Made by a program: the position numbers and the translations under genes. DNA of 32,000 bases from an uncultured Clostridium sp. (lineage in GTDB: Bacteria > Bacillota > Clostridia > TANB77 > CAG-508). Under the pieces are notes generated by a model. The model did not search any database. It worked only from the letters and a program-made list of their open reading frames with translations, and was not told the DNA's origin. Each line of letters opens with the position of its first letter. Position 1 is the first letter of the stretch. The DNA is taken from NCBI GenBank assembly GCA_946497775.1, contig CAMMLS010000010.1, positions 1 to 32,000 of the forward strand, given 5' to 3'. Below are positions 1 through 8,989 of this stretch, in pieces.

Positions 1-89
1 AAATCAAATTTAAATTTCAAAATTATCCTAACGTTAGGATGAAATGAGTACATATAAATAAATGATAGAAGCGGTTAATCAATCGCTAA

Positions 90-509
90 AAATTAGACAT
101 TAAGAAAGTAGGTAACCATACAGTAAATCATTATAGTATGCCAGACATTGATGATAACAAAATAAGAGAAGAAGTTATGAATTTACATACTGCCATTTAT
201 GAAAAAACAGGATATGAAATGAAATACATAAGACCACCAAAAGGAGAATATAGTGAAAGAACATTAAATATATGTAATAAATTAGGCTATACAACAGTTA
301 TGTGGTCATTGGCATACGATGATTGGGACGAAAACAAGCAAGGAAGAGAAGATTATGGCAAACAAAAAATATTAGATAATATACATCCAGGTGCTGTAAT
401 ATTACTTCATGGTACATCAAAAGATAATAGCAATATTCTAGATTATTGCATAAAAGAAATTAAAAACATGGGGTATGAATTTAAAAGCCTTGATGAATTT
501 GAAAAGTAA
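90..509 (+). pseudogene. NodB-type polysaccharide deacetylase (PdaA-like), C-terminal remnant
   Basis: ORF 138..509 reads as the C-terminal half of a NodB deacetylase (IRPPKGEYSERTL, GAVILLHGTS). In-frame codons 111..131 upstream of the ATG still encode GNHTVNH, the His-x-x-x-His metal motif. The frame is closed by TAA 87..89 and TAG 66..68, and all three frames of 1..86 contain stops. The Asp-Asp motif region is missing or decayed. The feature sits at the window edge. Confidence 0.5.
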
Positions 510-550
510 TTTTTGATTATACAAAAAATTTGAAATTTGTTTTAAAATGG

Positions 551-578
551 TTTGATTTTTTTATAATTGTGGTATAAT
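551..578 (+). promoter_or_regulatory. putative sigma-A promoter of ppdK (extended -10)
   Basis: TTTGAT/TTGATT (551..557), a 15-16 nt spacer ending in TGG, then TATAAT (573..578), about 40 nt upstream of the ppdK RBS AGGAGG. Confidence 0.45.
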
Positions 579-620
579 AACAAAAGAAAAAGACAAAAGA
601 AATTATTTAGGAGGTAAACT

Positions 621-3245
621 ATGGCAAAAAAGTATGTCTACTTATTTAAGGAAGGAAACAAAGACATGAGAGAAATTCTTGGAGGAAAGGGCGCAAATTT
701 GGCAGAAATGACAAATCTTGGACTTCCAATACCACAAGGTTTCACTGTAACAACAGAAGCATGTACAAGATATTATACAGATGGAGAAATAATTGCAAAA
801 GATATAGGAGAAGAATTATTTGAAACAGTTGCAAAATTAGAAAAATTAACAGGCAAAAAATTAGGAGACCTAAACAATCCATTGCTTGTGTCTGTAAGAT
901 CAGGGGCAAGAGCATCAATGCCGGGTATGATGGATACAATATTAAACTTGGGACTAAATGACAATGTAGTTTTAGAATTAGCAAAGAAAAATGAAAGATT
1001 TGCATATGATAGTTATAGAAGATTTATACAAATGTTTAGTGATGTGGTATACGAAATACCAAAATCACTTTTTGAAAATGAAATTGACAAAATAAAACAA
1101 GAAAAAGGAGTAAAATTAGATACAGAACTTACTGCTAATGACTTAAAAGAATTAGTAACTAAATTTAAACAAATATATAGAAAAGAAAGAAATGAAGAAT
1201 TTCCACAAGACCCAAGATATCAGCTATTAGAAGCCGTAAAAGCAGTGTTTAGATCATGGAATAATCCAAGAGCTATTACTTATAGAAGATTAAACGATAT
1301 ACCTAATGATTGGGGAACAGCGGTTAACATTCAAGAAATGGTATTTGGAAACATGGGAGAAGACTGCGGTACAGGAGTTGCATTTACAAGAAATCCAGCT
1401 ACTGGTGAAAACAAATTATTTGGAGAATACCTAATGAATGCACAAGGGGAAGATGTTGTAGCAGGTATAAGAACTCCTCAATCAATTGATACATTAAAAG
1501 ATGTAAATGAAGTAGCATACAATGATTTTGTTATATATGCAAACAAACTAGAAAAATATTTTAGAGATATGCAAGATTTAGAGTTTACAATTGAAAAAGG
1601 CAAATTATATATTCTTCAAACAAGAAATGGAAAAAGAACAGCTGAAGCAGCTATAAGAGTAGCAGTTGAACTTGTAAAAGAAGGTATGATAACAGAAAAA
1701 GAAGCTTTATTAAGAGTAGAGCCAAAACAATTAGACCAACTATTACACCCAAATTTCAATCAAGAAAAATTACAAGCTGCTAAACCAATAACAACAGGAC
1801 TTGCAGCATCACCAGGGGCAGCAACAGGGAAAATTGTATTTACAGCAGAAGAAGCTGTTGAAAAACATAAAAATGGAGAAAAAGATTTAATATTAGTAAG
1901 ATTAGAAACTTCACCAGAAGATATTGAAGGTATGAATGTATGTAATGGTGTTCTTACAGTAAGAGGAGGAATGACATCACATGCAGCTGTTGTAGCACGT
2001 GGTATGGGAACATGCTGTGTTTCTGGATGTGGAGAATTAATTGTAAATGAAGAGGAAAAATATTTCCAAGATGCAACAGGGAAGAAATATTATGATGGTG
2101 ATTATATTTCTCTTGATGGAAGTACAGGAAATGTGTATGGAGAAAAAATAGAAACCGTAGATGCAGAAGTAACAGGAAATTTAGCAACATTAATGGGATG
2201 GGCTGATAGATACAGACAATTAGGAGTAAGAGCAAATGCAGATAATCCAAGAGATGCAAAACAAGCATATGATTTTGGCGCAGAAGGAATAGGTCTTTGT
2301 AGAACTGAGCATATGTTCTTTGAAACAGATAGAATAAGAGCAATGAGAGAAATGATTGTATCTAAAACAACAGAGCAAAGAGAAAAAGCATTGGCAAAAT
2401 TATTACCAATGCAAAGAAGTGATTTTGAAGGACTATACAGAGAAATGAAAGGGTATCCAGTTACAATAAGACTTTTAGATCCACCATTACATGAATTCGT
2501 TCCACATGAAGATGATGAGATAAGGGCAATAGCAGAAGAAATGGGACTTTCATTTGAAGAATTAAAAAATATAGTAGTAGGATTACACGAATTTAATCCA
2601 ATGATGGGACATCGTGGATGCAGATTAGCTGTAACATATCCAGAAATAGCAAGAATGCAAACAAGAGCAATCATCGAAGCTGCAATTAATGTAAGTAGAG
2701 AGGGCTTAGCAATTTCACCAGAAATTATGATTCCACTAGTTGGAGAACTAAAAGAATTACAATATGTTAAAGATATAATTACAAAAGAAGCAGATGAAAT
2801 TATAAATAATTCAGATGTTAAAGTAAAATATCATGTAGGAACAATGATAGAAATACCAAGAGCTTGCTTAACAGCAGATGAAATTGCTAAGGAAGCAGAA
2901 TTCTTCTCATTTGGTACAAATGACCTAACACAAATGGGATTTGGATTTAGCCGTGATGATGCAGGAAAATTCTTATCTGAGTACTATAATAAAAATATCT
3001 ATGAATTTGACCCATTTGCAAAACTAGACCAAAAAGGTATTGGAAAACTTGTACAAATGGCAGTAGAGTTAGGTAGAAAAACTAGACCTGATATTAAGCT
3101 TGGAATTTGTGGAGAACATGGAGGAGAGCCTTCATCAGTAGATTTCTGCCATAGAGTAGGATTAACATATGTGTCTTGTTCACCATATAGAGTGCCAATA
3201 GCAAGACTTTCAGCTGCACAAGCTGCTATTAGAAATCCTAGATAA
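621..3245 (+). CDS. ppdK: pyruvate, phosphate dikinase
   Basis: 874-aa ORF with a canonical PPDK N-terminus (LGGKGANLAEM), the phospho-His motif GGMTSHAAVVARGMG, and the C-terminal PEP-utilising motif GICGEHGG. Strong RBS AGGAGG. Confidence 0.97.
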   Translation: MAKKYVYLFKEGNKDMREILGGKGANLAEMTNLGLPIPQGFTVTTEACTRYYTDGEIIAKDIGEELFETVAKLEKLTGKKLGDLNNPLLVSVRSGARASMPGMMDTILNLGLNDNVVLELAKKNERFAYDSYRRFIQMFSDVVYEIPKSLFENEIDKIKQEKGVKLDTELTANDLKELVTKFKQIYRKERNEEFPQDPRYQLLEAVKAVFRSWNNPRAITYRRLNDIPNDWGTAVNIQEMVFGNMGEDCGTGVAFTRNPATGENKLFGEYLMNAQGEDVVAGIRTPQSIDTLKDVNEVAYNDFVIYANKLEKYFRDMQDLEFTIEKGKLYILQTRNGKRTAEAAIRVAVELVKEGMITEKEALLRVEPKQLDQLLHPNFNQEKLQAAKPITTGLAASPGAATGKIVFTAEEAVEKHKNGEKDLILVRLETSPEDIEGMNVCNGVLTVRGGMTSHAAVVARGMGTCCVSGCGELIVNEEEKYFQDATGKKYYDGDYISLDGSTGNVYGEKIETVDAEVTGNLATLMGWADRYRQLGVRANADNPRDAKQAYDFGAEGIGLCRTEHMFFETDRIRAMREMIVSKTTEQREKALAKLLPMQRSDFEGLYREMKGYPVTIRLLDPPLHEFVPHEDDEIRAIAEEMGLSFEELKNIVVGLHEFNPMMGHRGCRLAVTYPEIARMQTRAIIEAAINVSREGLAISPEIMIPLVGELKELQYVKDIITKEADEIINNSDVKVKYHVGTMIEIPRACLTADEIAKEAEFFSFGTNDLTQMGFGFSRDDAGKFLSEYYNKNIYEFDPFAKLDQKGIGKLVQMAVELGRKTRPDIKLGICGEHGGEPSSVDFCHRVGLTYVSCSPYRVPIARLSAAQAAIRNPR

Positions 3246-3274
3246 GTAGGTTAAAATACACTTAGAAAATATAA

Positions 3275-3320
3275 AGAGTATAATCTGGTTTACTTCTTGA
3301 AGCAAACCAGATTATACTCT
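3275..3320. terminator. bidirectional intrinsic terminator between convergent ppdK and hydrolase genes
   Basis: 17-bp perfect stem AGAGTATAATCTGGTTT / AAACCAGATTATACTCT with a 12-nt loop. A T-run follows on the + strand, and an A-rich tract upstream serves the - strand. Confidence 0.8.
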
Positions 3321-3323
3321 CTT

Positions 3324-4262
3324 TTATACTATTGCATTTTCGTAAAAATCTAAAATATCTTGCATAACATCCATATCTAGCTCAATACTATTTTCATCTA
3401 ATGGATTTAATTGTACAACATCATGACCTTTATTTTGATATTTAATTGTATGTATTCTTTCTGGATTTAGATATTCCTCTTTATGTATAAGCAAACTGTT
3501 TTTTAAACTTATTACTGGATCATCTTCACTGTGTAGTAATAAAACCTGTGTGCTTGGCGAATTATTTATTCCTCTTATTCCATTTAAATCTACTGAATTT
3601 CCAAATTTGAATTTTTCGTATACATATGCGTATGGTGATAATATTTGTATGAAATTACCATATAAATTGCTTCCATATTCTACAAGCATATCACGTGAAT
3701 TGCTAAATCCAGAACGTGATACAATTGCTGTTACATTGTGATCATAATTTAGCACTGCTGCTACTGCATAGCCACCCCAGCTATGTCCATAAAGAAGTAT
3801 TTTGTACTTAGATAATACTTCATCGTTTTCTACATATGTTAAAGCAGAATCAAGGTCGATTGGCGATTGTGCAAGTCCAATAAGTGTTTCTCCATCACTT
3901 ATTCCTGAACCTGTATTATCATATCCTAAAACTAAGTAGTCATTCTGAGCAAAATAATTAATTTGGTCTAGGTAATCTGAATGTGTACCTAAATAACCAT
4001 GAGAAAATACTATTAATGCTTTTTTATTAGATATATCTTCTGTGTTTGAATAGATATACCCCCTTAAAGTTTGAGATTTATTAGATTCAAATTCAATTGG
4101 AATTCTAATCATATTAAAATTTTCAAAATCAAAACTAGATTCGTCTGCTACACGAATATTAAAGTTAGCATTATAAGCAACTACCGTAACTGCCATTGGA
4201 ATTACTACTAAAATTAATATTATAATGGATAGAATAATGGCGATTAGTTTCTTTTTACTCAT
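3324..4262 (-). CDS. membrane-anchored alpha/beta-fold serine hydrolase
   Basis: 312-aa ORF with an N-terminal TM helix (LIAIILSIIILILVVIPMAV), the nucleophile elbow GHSWGG, and HSEDD / GHD consistent with the acid and His of a catalytic triad. RBS GGAGGA. Confidence 0.75.
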   Translation of the reverse strand: MSKKKLIAIILSIIILILVVIPMAVTVVAYNANFNIRVADESSFDFENFNMIRIPIEFESNKSQTLRGYIYSNTEDISNKKALIVFSHGYLGTHSDYLDQINYFAQNDYLVLGYDNTGSGISDGETLIGLAQSPIDLDSALTYVENDEVLSKYKILLYGHSWGGYAVAAVLNYDHNVTAIVSRSGFSNSRDMLVEYGSNLYGNFIQILSPYAYVYEKFKFGNSVDLNGIRGINNSPSTQVLLLHSEDDPVISLKNSLLIHKEEYLNPERIHTIKYQNKGHDVVQLNPLDENSIELDMDVMQDILDFYENAIV

Positions 4263-4426
4263 AAAATTTCCTCCTTATTTAAATTAAAAAACATTATAAG
4301 ATAATAAAAGATAAAAATCAACAATTATTACACAAATATTACAAACTAATTAAGTTTTAATAACAATAACCAAATTGTAGCATTTTTGTTATATAATTAA
4401 TATATATACTTTATCAGGAGGAATAT

Positions 4427-6067
4427 ATGTTAGTAAAATACAATGATAGAGAAATTGAAGTGGAAAAAGGTACTAGAATTATAGATATATTTAGAAAAGA
4501 AGTAGAGGAATCTAATAGAGATTTTATAGGATGCAGATTTAATAATGAAGTAAAATCATTAGATTATGAGATAAAAGAAGACGGAGAAGTTAAATTAATA
4601 GACGGAACAGATAAAGATGGAAAAAGAATTTATACAAGAGGATTGATTTACATAATGTCAAAAGCATTTTGCGAATTATATAAAGAGGCTTTAATTACTG
4701 TAAATTACCAATTATCTAATTCTATGCTATGTGAAATTGATAATATGGAAATTACAGACGAAATGATTAGAAAAGTCAAGGCAAAAATGCAAGAAATTAT
4801 AGATAGAGACTTAAAAATAAACAAAATAATGATGACAAAACAAGATGCTCAAATTTTTTATGAAAGAGAAAAAACTTTAAGAGGTAAATTACAATTAGAT
4901 ATAAAAGACAAGCCAGAAGTAATGCTTTATTATTGTGAAAATTACTATAATTATTTTTATGGAGTAATGCCAATTTCAACAGGCTATATTAAAATATTTG
5001 ATATTATAAAATATGGAAGAGGAGTGCTATTACGTTATCCAAGCAGAAAAAATCCTCATAGATTAGGTGAATTTATAGCAAGACCTAAAATGCTAAAAAC
5101 ATTAGATGAATATGAAGATTTACATAGAGTTTTAAATGTAAATACAGTATATAAACTAAATAAAAAAGTAAAAGATGGAGAAATCCAACAAACAATTTTA
5201 GTAGATGAGGCTTTACATGAAAAGAAAATTGCCAATATAGCAGATGACATAGCCAAAAAAAGAAATGTTAAGGTGATATTAATAGCAGGGCCTTCATCTT
5301 CTGGAAAAACTACTTTTGCTCAACGTTTAGGAATACAACTAAGGGTAAATGGAATAAAACCTGTTACAATTTCTGTTGATAATTATTTTGTAGAAAGAGA
5401 ACAAACTCCAAGAGACGAAAATGGAAATTATGATTTTGAGTCAATAGATGCAATTGACTTAGAATTATTTAATAATCACTTACAAAGATTAATTAAAGGG
5501 GAAACAGTAGAAGTACCAGTATTTGACTTTTTATTAGGAAGTAAAAAATATGATGGAAGAACAATGACACTAAAAAATGATGAAGTTCTTGTAATAGAAG
5601 GAATTCATTGTTTAAACGATAAATTAACAAGTTATATACCAAAAGAATACAAATATAAAATTTACATAAGTGCACTTACAGTTCTTAATATAGACTATTA
5701 TAACAGAATTTCAACAACAGATACAAGACTTATAAGAAGAATTGTAAGAGACCATCAATACAGAGGATATTCAGCGCTACATACATTGGGAATGTGGGAA
5801 TCTGTAACAAGAGGAGAAAATAAAAATATTTTTCCATACCAAGAAACAGCAGATGCAATGTTTAATACATCATTAGTATACGAACTTGGAGTACTAAGAA
5901 ATTATGCAATGCCACTTTTAGCTGGAATAGATAGAACACATCCAGAATACTCAGAAGCGAAAAGACTACACAGAATGCTAAGCTATTTTGAGCCAATTTC
6001 TAAACAATATATTCCAAATCAATCTCTTTTAAGAGAATTTATAGGTGGAAGTATATTTGAAGAATAG
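4427..6067 (+). CDS. nucleoside/uridine kinase-like P-loop protein with N-terminal TGS/ThrRS-like domain
   Basis: 546-aa ORF. The C-terminal half has the Walker A motif GPSSSGKTT and uridine-kinase/PRK-like features (ISVDNYF, VIEGIH). The N-terminal ~250 aa resembles the TGS plus second-additional-domain fusion common in Clostridia. RBS AGGAGG. Confidence 0.7.
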   Translation: MLVKYNDREIEVEKGTRIIDIFRKEVEESNRDFIGCRFNNEVKSLDYEIKEDGEVKLIDGTDKDGKRIYTRGLIYIMSKAFCELYKEALITVNYQLSNSMLCEIDNMEITDEMIRKVKAKMQEIIDRDLKINKIMMTKQDAQIFYEREKTLRGKLQLDIKDKPEVMLYYCENYYNYFYGVMPISTGYIKIFDIIKYGRGVLLRYPSRKNPHRLGEFIARPKMLKTLDEYEDLHRVLNVNTVYKLNKKVKDGEIQQTILVDEALHEKKIANIADDIAKKRNVKVILIAGPSSSGKTTFAQRLGIQLRVNGIKPVTISVDNYFVEREQTPRDENGNYDFESIDAIDLELFNNHLQRLIKGETVEVPVFDFLLGSKKYDGRTMTLKNDEVLVIEGIHCLNDKLTSYIPKEYKYKIYISALTVLNIDYYNRISTTDTRLIRRIVRDHQYRGYSALHTLGMWESVTRGENKNIFPYQETADAMFNTSLVYELGVLRNYAMPLLAGIDRTHPEYSEAKRLHRMLSYFEPISKQYIPNQSLLREFIGGSIFEE

Positions 6068-6078
6068 GAGAAATTATT

Positions 6079-6388
6079 ATGGAAAGACGATTTACAGAAA
6101 TAGATGAGAACTTTGTGTGCACAAATTGTGGAAAACAGGTCGAAAAATTAGGCTATTCTTGCAGAAATCATTGCCCATTTTGCCTTCACTCAAAACATGT
6201 TGACATAAACCCACGGAGATAGAGCAGAAACATGTCATGGAGATTTAGAACCAATAGGTCTTGAAATAGATAGCAAAAAAGGTTATGTAATAATATTTAA
6301 ATGTAAGAAATGCGGAGCTATAAGAAAAAATAAAGCGGCAAAAGATGATAATATGGATTTAATAATTAAACTAAGTGCTAAGCATTAA
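6079..6388 (+). pseudogene. RNHCP-domain zinc-ribbon protein, interrupted by a +1 frameshift (extra C at 6214)
   Basis: ATG 6079 with RBS AGGAG overlapping the upstream stop. It reads MERRFTEIDENFVCTNCGK..YSCRNHCPFCLHSKHVDINP, then hits TAG at 6220. Deleting C6214 (CCACGGA to CCAGGA) restores GDRAETCHGDLEPIG...KCKKCGAIRKNK..., ending at TAA 6386..6388. Total length is 3n+1. Confidence 0.75.
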
Positions 6389-6390
6389 TA

Positions 6391-6422
6391 AAAAATCACT
6401 TCTATTTTTAGAAGTGATTTTT
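6391..6422. terminator. bidirectional intrinsic terminator
   Basis: 12-bp stem AAAAATCACTTC / GAAGTGATTTTT with an 8-nt loop. It lies between the convergent RNHCP gene (+) and the DUF308 gene (-), with T-runs on both strands. Confidence 0.7.
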
Positions 6423-6433
6423 TATTTAAAAAT

Positions 6434-6973
6434 TTATTTCATCATTCTCATCATATATACTGTTTCGAATATATTTATAATTTCAGAAACTAGTAAAAAT
6501 CCTCCACAGATAGAAACAACAGCTTCCATAGCTTGGAATGGATTAATTACAATTACAATTCCTAAAATAAATGTTAATACAGATAATAAAAGCATCATTT
6601 GCCAATTACTATATCCAGTATTTTTTATATTTAATGCAAGTTGCAAAGATGTAATACTTTTAATAACAATCCAAACACCAATTACCAAAGGTAAAATACT
6701 ATTTATAAAGGTTGGATTAAAAATAAATACTAAACCTGCAAGTAAGCAAACCATGCCAATTACAAGTTGAAAATTAAAAAATTGAATTTCCTTACTGTGT
6801 GAAAAATATGAAACAGTTTGAACAATACCATAAAATGCAAGAAGTAAACCAACAGTTACCATTACAATATTTATAGAAAGTCCAGGATTAAAAATTAAAA
6901 ACAATGCTAAAATAATTATTACAACAGAAACCAGTAAAGAATCTCTACTATATTTTTGTATAAAATCTTTCAT
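6434..6973 (-). CDS. DUF308/HdeD-like multi-pass membrane protein
   Basis: Hydrophobic ORF with the repeated two-helix units typical of HdeD/DUF308. I place the start at ATG 6973 (MKDFIQKY), which has GGAGG 7 nt upstream, rather than the ORF-track start at 7006. Confidence 0.7.
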   Translation of the reverse strand: MKDFIQKYSRDSLLVSVVIIILALFLIFNPGLSINIVMVTVGLLLAFYGIVQTVSYFSHSKEIQFFNFQLVIGMVCLLAGLVFIFNPTFINSILPLVIGVWIVIKSITSLQLALNIKNTGYSNWQMMLLLSVLTFILGIVIVINPFQAMEAVVSICGGFLLVSEIINIFETVYMMRMMK

Positions 6974-6996
6974 ACTATCGCCTCCATATATAATTA

Positions 6997-7025
6997 ATAA
7001 TACCATAAAAAATGTAAAATGTTAA
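6997..7025 (-). promoter_or_regulatory. putative sigma-A promoter of the DUF308 gene
   Basis: Minus strand: TTAACA (7025..7020), 17-nt spacer ending TGG, then TATTAT (7002..6997). This is an extended -10 about 25 nt upstream of the start codon. Confidence 0.4.
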
Positions 7026-7146
7026 TAAAAAGAGAAAAAAATATAAAAAATGTAAAAAAATATCAAACTGACCACTCAGACTAATAGAAAAAAAACAATA
7101 ATTATTGTATAAATATAGTAATATATTATATAAACAGGAGGAATAA

Positions 7147-8086
7147 ATGAAAATTGGTTTTTTATTCCCAGGACAAGGAGCACAAAGCGTTGGAATGGGA
7201 AAAGATTTATATGATGAATATAAAGAAGTAAAAGACATATATATTAAGGCAAGCTCTTTATTAGGGATAGATATAGCAAAACTTACATTTGATTCAGATG
7301 AAGAAACATTATGTGAAACTAAAAATACACAAATTTCAATATTAGTAATGAGTTTGGCTATTTTAGAAGTATTAAAAAAGAACAATGTAAAAGCCGAAAT
7401 GGCAGCAGGACTTAGTTTGGGAGAATATAGTGCATTAATATATTCTAATATGATAAGTTTTGAAGATGGAATAAAGATTGTAAGAAAAAGAGGAGAATTA
7501 ATGCAAAATCTAGTTCCAGAAGGAAATTGGGCAATGGCTGCAATAATAGGATTAGAAGACGAAAAAGTAGAAGAAGCCTGCAAAGAAGCACAAAAAATTG
7601 GATTTGTAGTTCCAGCAAATTATAACTGTCCAAAACAAATTGCTATTTCAGGAGAAAAAGAAGCAGTATCAGAAGCAATGAAAATAGCAAAAGAAAAAGG
7701 AGCAAAGCTTGTAAGAGAATTAAAAACAGGTGGACCATTTCATACAGAAAAACTAAAAAAAGCCTCAGAAGAACTAAAAAAAGAATTAGAAAAGATAAAT
7801 GTAAAAAATATAGGAAAAATTCCAGTTGTTAAAAACATAGATGCAAAAATTTATGTGGAAGAAGATAATATAAAACAAATATTAGCTAATCACATAATAA
7901 GCCCAGTAAGATTTAAAGAAAGTATACAAACAATGATTGATAATGGAATAGATACATTTGTGGAAGTAGGACCTCGGAAAAGTTTTATCAGGATTTGTAA
8001 AAAAAATTAATCCAAATGTAAAAATTTTAAACATAAATAATGTGCAAACATTAAATACAGTTATTAATGAGCTAGCACAAAATTAA
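7147..8086 (+). pseudogene. fabD: malonyl-CoA:ACP transacylase FabD, interrupted near the 3' end by a +1 frameshift (extra C at 7975)
   Basis: FPGQGAQ and the active-site motif GLSLGEYSAL are present. The frame reads VEVGPRKSFIRICKKN* (stop at 8010). Removing C7975 (CCTCGGA to CCTGGA) gives the conserved VEVGPGKVLSGFVKKINPNVKILN...ELAQN*, ending at 8086. Length is 3n+1. Confidence 0.9.
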
Positions 8087-8106
8087 ATATAAAGGAGAGA
8101 AAATTT

Positions 8107-8847
8107 ATGGAAGAAAACAAAGTAGCACTAATAACAGGTGGAACAACAGGAATAGGAAAAGAAATAGCACTAGAACTTGCTGAAAATGGATTTAATATAG
8201 CAATAAATTATAGAAGTGAAACAGACCAAATGGACGCTCTAAAACAAGAAATTGAATCAAAAAATGTAAAATGCATTTTTGTAAAAGCAGATGTTTCAAA
8301 CTTTGAACAATCAGAAAGTATGGTAAAAGAAGTAATAAATGAATATGGAAGAATAGATGTACTTGTAAATAATGCAGGAATAACACAAGATGGATTAATA
8401 ATGAGAATGAAAAAAGAATCTTTTGACCAAGTAGTTGATATAAACCTAGGGGGAACATTCAATGTTACAAGAAATGTGGTTCCATTTATGGTAAAACAAA
8501 GAAGTGGAAGAATAATAAATGTTTCCTCTGTTGTAGGAGTTGCAGGAAATGCAGGACAAAGTAATTATGCAGCATCAAAAGCTGGAATAATTGGATTTAC
8601 AAAAAGCTTAGCAAAAGAGCTTTCTTCAAGAGGAATATTAGTAAATGCAATAGCACCAGGATTTATAGAAACAAAAATGACAGATAAATTAAGTGGAAGT
8701 GTAAAAGAATCTATATTAAACCAAATACCACTTGGAAGAATGGGAAGTCCAAGAGAAGTAGCACAAGTAGTAAAATTCTTATCATCAGAGGATAGCTCAT
8801 ACATAACAGGCCAAGTTATAAATATAGATGGCGGAATGGTAATTTAA
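8107..8847 (+). CDS. fabG: 3-oxoacyl-ACP reductase
   Basis: 246-aa SDR with TGGTTGIGKE, NNAG and YAASKAG motifs, and fab-cluster context. Confidence 0.93.
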   Translation: MEENKVALITGGTTGIGKEIALELAENGFNIAINYRSETDQMDALKQEIESKNVKCIFVKADVSNFEQSESMVKEVINEYGRIDVLVNNAGITQDGLIMRMKKESFDQVVDINLGGTFNVTRNVVPFMVKQRSGRIINVSSVVGVAGNAGQSNYAASKAGIIGFTKSLAKELSSRGILVNAIAPGFIETKMTDKLSGSVKESILNQIPLGRMGSPREVAQVVKFLSSEDSSYITGQVINIDGGMVI

Positions 8848-8982
8848 ATAAAAAGAGTCGAAACTATTTGAAAATAAGTTTCGACTCTCCGTCAGCTAAC
8901 ATATAAACAGGTGGTTGGAGGGCAAGGTCGCGGAATAAATATATGTTAGCTGACTCTATAATAAAAAGGCAAAGCCTTTGAT
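8846..8982 (-). ncRNA. candidate novel small RNA (about 135 nt) antisense-oriented in the fabG-fabF gap
   Basis: It is bounded by a perfect consensus promoter (8990..9018, -) and the minus-oriented terminator (8854..8888). The predicted RNA has a 5' hairpin (8979..8965). A 15-bp perfect stem (8954..8940 with 8905..8891) closes a 34-nt G-poor, C-rich loop, UUUAUUCCGCGACCUUGCCCUCCAACCACCUGUU. No RBS-preceded ORF is present. Transcript ends are estimates. Confidence 0.6.
8854..8888 (-). terminator. intrinsic terminator oriented for minus-strand transcription
   Basis: 12-bp stem AGAGTCGAAACT / AGTTTCGACTCT. On the minus strand it is followed by TTTTTATTT (8853..8845). On the plus strand it is followed by CCGTCAGC, with no U-tract. 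Confidence 0.7.
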
Positions 8983-8989
8983 AACAATT

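Noticed and set aside
742-2674. Antisense ORFs inside ppdK (742..1005, 773..964, 1954..2343, 2102..2674, all minus strand)
   Set aside because: They lie fully inside a confidently identified gene on the other strand. Their translations are low-complexity and Leu/Ile/Ser-rich, as expected from the reverse complement of AT-rich coding sequence, and they have no RBS. The same reasoning applies to the other internal antisense ORFs in the track, for example 4797..4979, 5056..5256, 8192..8458, 9272..9532, 12827..13141, 14668..14964, 22081..22410 and 28180..28425.
6375-6770. Plus-strand 131-aa ORF overlapping the DUF308 gene
   Set aside because: It is the mirror image of a hydrophobic membrane gene. 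It starts inside the bidirectional terminator and has no RBS. The minus-strand ORF has a proper RBS and promoter and a repeat architecture typical of HdeD/DUF308.
7005-7057. 15-nt direct repeat ATAAAAAATGTAAAA (7005..7019 and 7043..7057)
   Set aside because: It is low-complexity A/T sequence in a promoter spacer. One copy simply overlaps the predicted DUF308 promoter spacer. The information content is too low to call a regulatory repeat.
6975-7583. Minus-strand 202-aa ORF spanning the fabD promoter region and the 5' part of fabD
   Set aside because: It is antisense to fabD and runs through the A/T-only intergenic spacer. The translation is low-complexity, and no RBS is present.
8891-8954. 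The GC-rich hairpin as a fragment of SRP RNA, tmRNA or a tRNA
   Set aside because: GGTCGCGGAA superficially recalls T-arm or SRP domain-IV sequences. However, the conserved SRP AGCAGC/GGAA context, a tRNA cloverleaf and the CCA-proximal acceptor pairing are all absent. The element is a simple long hairpin.
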